Positions 8,563 to 15,844 of a stretch of DNA of 32,000 nucleotides are shown here, in pieces. This DNA comes from Candidatus Nanoarchaeia archaeon (GTDB lineage: Archaea > Nanobdellota > Nanobdellia > Woesearchaeales > JANQNC01). Both the position numbers and the translations under genes were made by a program. Below the pieces are notes generated by a model. The model saw only the letters and a program-made list of their open reading frames with translations. It made no database searches and was not told the origin of the DNA. Numbering within the stretch: the first letter of the stretch is position 1; each line of letters opens with the position of its first letter. The DNA is taken from NCBI GenBank assembly GCA_028279745.1, contig JANQNC010000001.1:30001-62000 (forward strand), written 5' to 3'.

Positions 8563-9126
8563 TTATTTAGACTGGAAACCACCTTTTCCAACCCTTATGA
8601 AGAGCTGTATGCCTCTTCTTTTGTCTTCAGGGGATTCTTGTTTGATTCGGATACCGATGTCTGAGTAGCCGTATCCCTTTTTCTTTTTAGCCGTCTGCAT
8701 ATATCTAAAATAGATCGGTATTGAGATGCCTGGTTGGGTGATGTCGTGTTCTATGTCTATACCCATGCCAAAGTATTCAGTTCCAACTTCTCCTTCGGGG
8801 AGACTGTCTTTTACTCCGTAATGTTCATTTTTATGGAATGGTCTAAACAGTCCTGCCTTTACGGTTGGGCCATTGATGATACGAACGCTTTCAATTCTTT
8901 CGTCGTAACGACCTCCTTCAAAACCTGCGCCTGCATCTATCATAACTTGTTTGTTTAGTATTGTGCCGAAGTTAAGAGTTACGGTGTGATCAGATAGTGC
9001 TCTCCAGGAAAGGCTGGGTCCTGTTGTAAATTCTGCACTTTTAGAAGGTGTTGCAGCATAAGCTGTTGTAAGTGCTGTAAGTATCCCGGTTAAATTTCTT
9101 GCTTTAGATTTTATTGATTTATACAT
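8563..9126 (-). CDS. secreted beta-rich protein, paralog of 26285-26923 (187 aa)
   Basis: Signal MYKSIKSKARNLTGILTALTTAYA|ATP. About 8 segments have alternating hydrophobic/polar residues (HTVTLNFGTIL, TEYFGMGIDIEHDI, GIQLFIRVGKGGF). The N-terminus MY[KQ].IKSK is shared with the 26285 ORF. Confidence 0.6.
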   Translation of the reverse strand: MYKSIKSKARNLTGILTALTTAYAATPSKSAEFTTGPSLSWRALSDHTVTLNFGTILNKQVMIDAGAGFEGGRYDERIESVRIINGPTVKAGLFRPFHKNEHYGVKDSLPEGEVGTEYFGMGIDIEHDITQPGISIPIYFRYMQTAKKKKGYGYSDIGIRIKQESPEDKRRGIQLFIRVGKGGFQSK

Positions 9127-9260
9127 GCTATCAGTATAAGGAGTTATAGTGGAGTTATATATAAATATTATCGAAATAACTACTTTAGAGTGCTAAAAAC
9201 AGGTTCTGGGGCAATTTAAAAGGGTTTTGAGGTGTTTGAGATATATGAAAAATAGAAACC

Positions 9261-9290
9261 TTTATAAATGGAGAAAGGTGTTTATTTAAA
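9261..9290 (+). promoter_or_regulatory. candidate TATA boxes for the large operon
   Basis: TTTATAAA (9261-9268) and TTTATTTAAA (9281-9290) lie in the 258-nt divergent intergenic region. I cannot tell which one is used. Confidence 0.3.
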
Positions 9291-9311
9291 ACAGGGTGAT
9301 AGAGGGTAAAA

Positions 9312-9324
9312 GCTAGTAACTAGC
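9312..9324. promoter_or_regulatory. perfect palindrome GCTAGT-A-ACTAGC (candidate operator)
   Basis: 6-bp arms with a 1-nt spacer, ~25-30 nt downstream of the 9281 TATA-like box. This is near a predicted TSS and 60 nt upstream of the ATG at 9385. Confidence 0.3.
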
Positions 9325-9384
9325 AGTTATTCTCATTAAAGAGGGGGATAGAAAATTAATTACATTAAGCTTAAATCACTGTTT

Positions 9385-12300
9385 ATGATATTTCTGATAG
9401 TGACAATTCCGTTCTATGTTGCAGACGTAATGGCTCTGCCAGAAGATAACTATAATTATCCAGGACATCAGATAACAAAAGTTTGGCTCTATGGAAACGA
9501 TGAAATCAATGGTGCATTAAGAGAATCGTCAGAGACGATAAAAGTAAGAGTAGAGATTAATGTAGCAGACGTTTTACCACACCAAGTTTTATTTAACAAT
9601 GTAGAACAGTTTAACAATTGCTCAACACAATTTGGATTAAGTTACTGTACATATGAAGCACCGCACCCAAGCGTGATAGGTGTACAACCGTTTTCAGTGA
9701 GGTACAGTTCAGACATCGTAACAGGAAACTATTACATAGATAATACTGCACCGGCAGTCAATAATATTGCAGCAACACCTGATAGTGTGGGAGTGGGAAA
9801 TGTAACATTAAGCTATCAAGCACATGACTACTACCTATCAACAGATTTCTCAGGATGTTCAGGAATAAGTGAGTTACAGATAATAGAAGAAGGAACACTA
9901 AGGGAGACAATAAATGTCAACACAACAGACTGTGTTGTTACAGACACAATGGCTTATGATCCTGTGGGGATTACAGGTGAAAGAAGAAATTCAACAATCT
10001 GCATGAAAGCAATAGATAACTTCGGACAAGAATCTGAAGATAGTTGTATTGAAGTTTTAGTCGATAATGCACTACCACAAATATCTGCACCTTACATAAT
10101 ACAAAACAACGTAAAAGTAGATTTCTTACAATCAGGACTACAAACATTCGACATAGCAGTTAACGACACATACGGAGATATAAACTTGATAACGATGAGT
10201 TCTATCTCATTAGACAAAGTAAACGAGACAGCAAGCTGCATCAACGGAGTTTGCAAATGGAGCTCAATAATCTATAACGTGGATAATGCAACAACAGCAT
10301 TTGATGCACAGTTTTACATAAATGATGTTTATGGAAACTCAGACGTTGTGACTACAACAATACCTGTTGTAAAAGACGACTTAGCACCGGTGATAGAATC
10401 AGTGGCATCAACATACACAGCAGAAGGGGTAAACTATTTCGGAATAAAAGATAACACAGTAATAGCAACAATAACCGAAGGAGGGTCAGGATTAAACCCA
10501 CTAAATGTTAAGGCAGACTTTGCGCCTGTAGGGGGGAGATTAGAGACTGCAGATAATTGTACAGTATCAGGATCAATAAACTACTGTGGTTGGTATGACA
10601 TAGACACAACAATAGAAGGAACATTTGGGGTTACATTTACAGCAGTAGACAATGTAGGAAATGTGGCAGTATCAAAAACAGAATCAATCGTAGTTGATAG
10701 AACCCCTCCAAGCACAGACTCATACTTTATAGGAGCAGATGGAGCACCATCAGCGCCAGAAGATAATGAAAGCTTAACAAACGCAAAAGGATTACAACTA
10801 AGTATAACATCACAAGCAGGATATGAATTCTACCAAGTAGGAGATGATTTAGAAATCTCATTTATACTGTCTGATACAGAATCTGGGATAAGTGATGTAG
10901 ACTCTAGTGTGAATCTGTCAGGCATAACCCTTGAAGGAGTTGCTTATCCGACATGCACACTGATCAGCGAAGAAGTCTACGGTGTTTATGATTGTGTGTT
11001 TACAGCAAGACAAATCTTAGGACCAAAAATTGGAGCAAAACTAAGATTCAACATATGCGACAATGCAGGAAACTGCATACCTTACATAGAAGAGATAGAC
11101 ATAAGAGAATCAGAAGCAGGAGTTGCGGATTTCTGGAGAATAGTTGTTGAAGGAAACATGCCAAACGAGATAGACAGGCAAACAACAGCACTAGTACAGC
11201 AAAGAATGTACTTCAATCTGGCACTAAGATCAAAATCATCAGGTTCAATAGAACCAATCTTTATGGAAATTACAGACTGTGGGCCACAGGCAGCACAAGC
11301 ATTCTTAGCAGATACACCATCCTTACTTGGGTACACAAGAGGAAGCACAGAGGCATGGATGAAACTAACATTAGCACAACAAAGCATAGAAGTTGATAAT
11401 CTAACATTTGAATGCAGAGCAAGCATAGTTACAAAACACGGACAAAAAATATCACAACCAGAAATTGAAGTGTTTAACGTAACTGTACCATTGTACAACA
11501 TGCCACTAGGTGAGATATCAGACAATGTACAAGAAAAAATAGACGAAGTGCAGAATGGTTGGCTAGTACAGGGAGAATGGATAGGATCATTTAATAACTT
11601 AATGCAAAGGATGAAACAGACGTGTGCGTTGATAAGCACACTATCAACAGCAGTAACAGCATATAACTCATTCGCACTTGCGTTTGGGTGGACAAGATTC
11701 ACAGGAATACTACTGCCAATACAGAAAGCGATAGAAGGCACATCAGACGCACTAACATTTGCATTTACGGGAATAGTTAAACTTGTACAGTACACTTGTG
11801 TTGTGGGTAGCTGTCAGATAATCCCAAAAATAGTTGAGCAGTTGGGATTAAAAAATACAAACGAACTGGTACAAAAAATTATTTTGACATTAATAGCGCC
11901 GAATTCAAAAGGTTCAGCACTAACCGCGATACCTGGAATGGGACAGATAAACCAACAAGACAGTCTATGGTTAAGTGTTTTCACACTATGTCTACCAGGA
12001 ATCATTTACAACTTACAGAAAGCAAGAAACATAGAATGTAAATACATACAGTGTCTAAGAGATGAAGTGCCGCAAGGTAAACCAGTCTTTATCTGTGACT
12101 CGATGAGAGGATACGAATGGTGTACATATGTAACACACCCATTCTTAGAACTAATACCATTCAAAGCATTAGCAAGCCAACTTTACCATCTGGTAGAGGA
12201 TCTGTTCAAGAATCCATTATCTTTAGGATTGGGCTTGGCTGCATTGGCGTGCTGGGCAATACCTAACTTTGAAACTAAAAAAGGGTGCCACATAACTGCA

Positions 12301-12432
12301 GGAGTACAAGCAACAATCAGCGTAGCTTACTATATCTACAACTTCAAAGACCAATGGGAGTTAGATGCAGATTATTGTGAATTGGTGTTGAATGAAACAG
12401 AAGAAGAGGATGAAGAGGAGGAAGAAGAATAA
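9385..12432 (+). CDS. giant cell-surface protein: Ig-like repeats + hydrophobic Cys-rich C-terminal region + poly-Glu tail (1015 aa)
   Basis: Hydrophobic N-terminus MIFLIVTIPFYVADVMA|LPEDN. Four or more ~105-aa repeats, many N-x-S/T sequons, hydrophobic C-terminal segments, the C-x2-GI-x2-NL-x12-CL-x12-C-x8-C module and the tail ETEEEDEEEEEE. The start is uncertain: the GAGGGGG SD-like element sits 37 nt upstream of the ATG. Confidence 0.8.
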   Translation: MIFLIVTIPFYVADVMALPEDNYNYPGHQITKVWLYGNDEINGALRESSETIKVRVEINVADVLPHQVLFNNVEQFNNCSTQFGLSYCTYEAPHPSVIGVQPFSVRYSSDIVTGNYYIDNTAPAVNNIAATPDSVGVGNVTLSYQAHDYYLSTDFSGCSGISELQIIEEGTLRETINVNTTDCVVTDTMAYDPVGITGERRNSTICMKAIDNFGQESEDSCIEVLVDNALPQISAPYIIQNNVKVDFLQSGLQTFDIAVNDTYGDINLITMSSISLDKVNETASCINGVCKWSSIIYNVDNATTAFDAQFYINDVYGNSDVVTTTIPVVKDDLAPVIESVASTYTAEGVNYFGIKDNTVIATITEGGSGLNPLNVKADFAPVGGRLETADNCTVSGSINYCGWYDIDTTIEGTFGVTFTAVDNVGNVAVSKTESIVVDRTPPSTDSYFIGADGAPSAPEDNESLTNAKGLQLSITSQAGYEFYQVGDDLEISFILSDTESGISDVDSSVNLSGITLEGVAYPTCTLISEEVYGVYDCVFTARQILGPKIGAKLRFNICDNAGNCIPYIEEIDIRESEAGVADFWRIVVEGNMPNEIDRQTTALVQQRMYFNLALRSKSSGSIEPIFMEITDCGPQAAQAFLADTPSLLGYTRGSTEAWMKLTLAQQSIEVDNLTFECRASIVTKHGQKISQPEIEVFNVTVPLYNMPLGEISDNVQEKIDEVQNGWLVQGEWIGSFNNLMQRMKQTCALISTLSTAVTAYNSFALAFGWTRFTGILLPIQKAIEGTSDALTFAFTGIVKLVQYTCVVGSCQIIPKIVEQLGLKNTNELVQKIILTLIAPNSKGSALTAIPGMGQINQQDSLWLSVFTLCLPGIIYNLQKARNIECKYIQCLRDEVPQGKPVFICDSMRGYEWCTYVTHPFLELIPFKALASQLYHLVEDLFKNPLSLGLGLAALACWAIPNFETKKGCHITAGVQATISVAYYIYNFKDQWELDADYCELVLNETEEEDEEEEEE
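9739..10710 (+). repeat. tandem Ig-like domain repeats (protein-level, ~105-aa period)
   Basis: Boundary motif D-x-[TAL]-[AP]-P at aa 119 (DNTAP), 227 (DNALP), 331 (DDLAP) and 438 (DRTPP). Each is preceded by [AI].DN.GN-type strands (AIDNFGQ, INDVYGN, AVDNVGN), with a further ICDNAGN at aa 557. Confidence 0.65.
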
Positions 12433-13100
12433 TGGCATATCAACAATATCCTCAACAACAACCTCAACCACAAAGAGGGATGCAACAATACTACAGACCA
12501 CAGTACACGCCTCAACCACAAGCACCGCCACAAGGAACACATAAACATACGTTGTTAGTTGCAATGGCAGTCTTACTTGTTGTTGTGTTAGTAGCATTAG
12601 TTTTTGTCTATGTAAATGTGGATGGAACTGAACAAGGAACAACAGAAGAAGTAACATACCCTTATTCAACAGGCGAACTTTCACCAGATGAATTAGTGGA
12701 ACCAGAATTTAAGATAAACAACTTCAAATTCGCATCATTAGTTGATGACAATTTAAACTATCAAGAAACACCTGCAACATTCAACCGAGGAGATAAGTTT
12801 TGGGTGTACTTTGAGATAAACAATCTGGCCTCAGGAGACATGAGAGGAAAATACAGAACAAGCTATGATGAATATATTGCAGTAAATGATCCAAACGGAA
12901 ATCCAGTAACTGACTTAACCGGATTTTTAGGAACAACAACAGAAAATGCTGAAGAGGGGAAGTTCTATAGTTTCCCAGTTGCACACCAGTTACCAACATC
13001 TGTTGATTATGTTCCAGGAAAATATGATCTGACAATCTTCATAGACGATGCAATAAATGAGGAAAGCGCAGCAATATCAGCAAGCTTCATACTAAAATGA
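12432..13100 (+). CDS. single-pass membrane protein: Q/P/Y-rich N-terminal tail, TM, extracellular beta domain (222 aa)
   Basis: aa 3-35 YQQYPQQQPQPQRGMQQYYRPQYTPQPQAPPQG. TM LLVAMAVLLVVVLVALVFVYV (aa 41-61) has basic residues before it and acidic residues after it (N-in). The start overlaps the upstream stop (TAATG). Confidence 0.75.
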   Translation: MAYQQYPQQQPQPQRGMQQYYRPQYTPQPQAPPQGTHKHTLLVAMAVLLVVVLVALVFVYVNVDGTEQGTTEEVTYPYSTGELSPDELVEPEFKINNFKFASLVDDNLNYQETPATFNRGDKFWVYFEINNLASGDMRGKYRTSYDEYIAVNDPNGNPVTDLTGFLGTTTENAEEGKFYSFPVAHQLPTSVDYVPGKYDLTIFIDDAINEESAAISASFILK

Positions 13101-15829
13101 AAAAGATAATCTTACTAACATTGATGGTTTTAGTAGTTGTGAGTAGTGCAATGGCATTACAAACAAAACCAGTATCTATCTCTGACGGTCAAGACACATA
13201 CAGATATGTTTATGTGAGAGACGACCCAATAGGTGCAGATGGATGGTACTTAATAGGTAAAGATAATTCGGTTAGTCCGGTAAGTGAAATAGCTGAAGAT
13301 CTAGGGGGGCATGATGATTTAGTGTCTTCTTTAGTTGACAAGAACTTTGAAGATGGAGTAATACAAATCCAAAGAAATAATCCTGGAGTTGTAATGTATA
13401 ATGATAGATTAGTTGATAATAACGCAATTGCAGCAGTACTTTGGGGAAAAGACAATCAACCAGCATCAATAAGAAGCATAACGGGAACAGGAGATACAAG
13501 AACCGCAACATCAAAAAGTTCAACAGTACAACAATCAACAATAGCTTATAATGAAGCAAATGAAAGAGGTACGTTTACAGTAACAACCGGCAGGGGGAAT
13601 GTTTACACTTATGAAGAAGATCCAAACAATAAAGGAATCTACAGATGTGCCTTTAAAGGTACGGGTGCACCTTGTGGAACTTACAAACTAAATAATAATA
13701 ACCAGTTTGAGTGTGTTGGAGGAGATTGTAGAACTGGCTCATTGAGCACCTTTAACACAGTACAAGGAGTAGATAATGCATTTGCATACGCTAAATCACA
13801 ATCAGACACAATAGTAACACAACCTGAAGAACCTGCAACAGAACCAAATTTAGATGGAGAACCTGCGGAACCTTCTACGCCATCTTCACAATCACCAACA
13901 TCATTTAACGATCCAAGAATTGAGATAAAAACTGCGGGAAACACAACATCTGTCAACATGTATTATGTAAATGCAAGAACTGGATCATTAGAAAGAGCAA
14001 AACTAGCAGGAGACTTTGAAGGATACACTATGTCAAAAGAAGTCTTTGACAAACTAGGTGTAGGAGAAGACATATCTTACGATCAGTTAGCAAACTTACT
14101 GTCAGATCCAAACATAGACATACAAAACCTAAAACCATCACAGATAACAACAGATGCATCAGGAAACATACAAATATCGAAGTTTGATGACCAAGGAAAG
14201 CCTGCAGGAACTGTAGATGTGAATGTTAATAATGGAGCTTATACCATAAAAAGCACAACCACCGAAGATGGAAAACAAGTTGAAAGAACAGTACAATACA
14301 GAACAGATGGACTAATAGAGCATGGAGGAGACATAGTAGCAGGCAATGGTAAAGCTTACACAAGAACAGGACAGTTAGCATTATACAATGATTTGGCAAT
14401 ACCTCCTGGAGGGTATGATCAAACAACACAGAACAGAATTAATGATCTAACTTCAACAGCAAATTCACTAACGTCGACAATAGACAACACGAATAAAGAG
14501 ATAGAAAATCTTGCTAAGGCAAGTGCAGATATACAACAACAGATTGCAGCTTTAGCAAATGCGCCGGGAGCTGCTGAACAGGAACAAAGGCAACAGTTAC
14601 AAAAAGATTTAGAAGATAACAAAGCAAAACAAGACGAACTAAACAAAAAGAATGACAAAGATAAAGCAGATCTTAAGAAAGCACAACAAGATCTAACACA
14701 AACACAAGAAAACGGAAAAGTAACAAGACCTATAGATCTAAGGAAGGTAAACGTAAGCAACATATTCTCAACAGGCACACAATCAGGACTTTGGGCAGCA
14801 GATGATTATTGTGAAAAGCAAGGACTGACAGGAGGATCATTAGATAATTGTATAGCAAACATAAACGACAACTACCTAAGACAGGAAGGAGGAACATTCT
14901 TCACAGGAGAGTTTGGAAGAAGTTTCAGAAGAGATCACCCAAGCCTAACAAGAGGCATAATACTAACAAGAGCTATAACCGACAAGCTAAGTGCTGGTGC
15001 GTCAGCGATGCAGGCTGGAGCAACAGCAGGAGCAAAACTGTGGAGCTTCTTCCCAGGAACAGATGAGGAGCCGTTGTGGGATGTAGGAGATACAGAATTT
15101 GGGCAATTTGCACAAAGATATCTAGATAACGATAACATAAGAGCAGAAGCATGCAGGCACTGGCTAAACCAAGGGTCAGGAGAGATTGGAGTTGTGGATC
15201 CAAGCAGACCGCACCTAAGAGGAGACATATTATTCCTAGATGATAACAGGGATACAATAGGTGCATACGTTGTAGCTGAAAGAAGCTCATTTATAGATGT
15301 GCCGGGAGAAAGAAGAAACCAGACAAAACAATACTTCTACAAAATAAACTATAAGATAAGCGCAATAAAAGGAAAGATAGAATACAATATCAACTTATGC
15401 AGCGGAGATGCAGAGGATTGTAAAAAAGGAACAGGGGTAGTGGTTGAAGGATTATTCCCAGAAGAAGTCAAACTTAAGAAAGGCGAAACAGAGGATAGAA
15501 GCGGTGCACAAACACTTACAAAATACAGCGACAGAAGTTATGGGTCAGTTTGTGTTGCTGTAAGTAAAGGATTCAAAAATTTCAGATTTACAGATTCAGA
15601 TGAAGGAGCGTTCTGCGCAAACATAGCGGAGTCATCAGGAGGAATGCAAGCATACGAGTTCAAAGATCCAAGCGATGATCCAAACGGAGCAGGGGTGTGG
15701 CCGTTCTACGCTCCTGATGAGTATGAAGACTCAACAGCAGACGATGATGAAGATGACAGTGATGATGATAGCGGGAGTGATGACTCATCAGAAGAAGATA
15801 CAAGATATCAAGATCCAGGAAGCTGGTAA
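13097..15829 (+). CDS. large secreted protein with coiled-coil stalk and poly-acidic tail (910 aa)
   Basis: Sec signal MKKIILLTLMVLVVVSSAMA|LQT. P/E-rich linker (QPEEPATEPNLDGEPAEPSTPSS). Heptad-like Q/K/E/D/L-rich region at aa ~445-545. Cys-containing C-terminal domain and the tail DEYEDSTADDDEDDSDDDSGSDDSSEED. ATGA overlap with the upstream gene. Confidence 0.8.
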   Translation: MKKIILLTLMVLVVVSSAMALQTKPVSISDGQDTYRYVYVRDDPIGADGWYLIGKDNSVSPVSEIAEDLGGHDDLVSSLVDKNFEDGVIQIQRNNPGVVMYNDRLVDNNAIAAVLWGKDNQPASIRSITGTGDTRTATSKSSTVQQSTIAYNEANERGTFTVTTGRGNVYTYEEDPNNKGIYRCAFKGTGAPCGTYKLNNNNQFECVGGDCRTGSLSTFNTVQGVDNAFAYAKSQSDTIVTQPEEPATEPNLDGEPAEPSTPSSQSPTSFNDPRIEIKTAGNTTSVNMYYVNARTGSLERAKLAGDFEGYTMSKEVFDKLGVGEDISYDQLANLLSDPNIDIQNLKPSQITTDASGNIQISKFDDQGKPAGTVDVNVNNGAYTIKSTTTEDGKQVERTVQYRTDGLIEHGGDIVAGNGKAYTRTGQLALYNDLAIPPGGYDQTTQNRINDLTSTANSLTSTIDNTNKEIENLAKASADIQQQIAALANAPGAAEQEQRQQLQKDLEDNKAKQDELNKKNDKDKADLKKAQQDLTQTQENGKVTRPIDLRKVNVSNIFSTGTQSGLWAADDYCEKQGLTGGSLDNCIANINDNYLRQEGGTFFTGEFGRSFRRDHPSLTRGIILTRAITDKLSAGASAMQAGATAGAKLWSFFPGTDEEPLWDVGDTEFGQFAQRYLDNDNIRAEACRHWLNQGSGEIGVVDPSRPHLRGDILFLDDNRDTIGAYVVAERSSFIDVPGERRNQTKQYFYKINYKISAIKGKIEYNINLCSGDAEDCKKGTGVVVEGLFPEEVKLKKGETEDRSGAQTLTKYSDRSYGSVCVAVSKGFKNFRFTDSDEGAFCANIAESSGGMQAYEFKDPSDDPNGAGVWPFYAPDEYEDSTADDDEDDSDDDSGSDDSSEEDTRYQDPGSW
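14420..14720 (+). other. predicted coiled-coil segment
   Basis: TQNRINDLTSTANSLTSTIDNTNKEIENLAKASADIQQQIAALA...QRQQLQKDLEDNKAKQDELNKKNDKDKADLKKAQQDLTQTQE. Proline is absent apart from one central AP, and the region is charged and Gln-rich. Confidence 0.6.
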
Positions 15830-15844
15830 AAAAAGAGGTAAAAA

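Noticed and set aside
8563-9126. Using the OMP-like beta-rich proteins as evidence that the contig is bacterial (diderm)
   Set aside because: The LonB architecture, class III signals, TATA/leaderless promoter geometry and MetRS type all indicate an archaeon. The beta-rich proteins also lack a terminal aromatic residue. They are kept as an open finding rather than as a basis for reassignment.
11082-11795. 237-aa minus-strand ORF inside the 1015-aa gene. Similar long antisense ORFs occur at 21416-21814, 24248-24688, 14419-14778, 6666-7037 and 4375-4743.
   Set aside because: All lie fully antisense to long ORFs with clear signal peptides and domain motifs. Their translations are low-complexity (Ser/Leu/Cys/Phe-rich), as expected for the reverse of purine-rich coding sequence. 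They have no start context or promoter.
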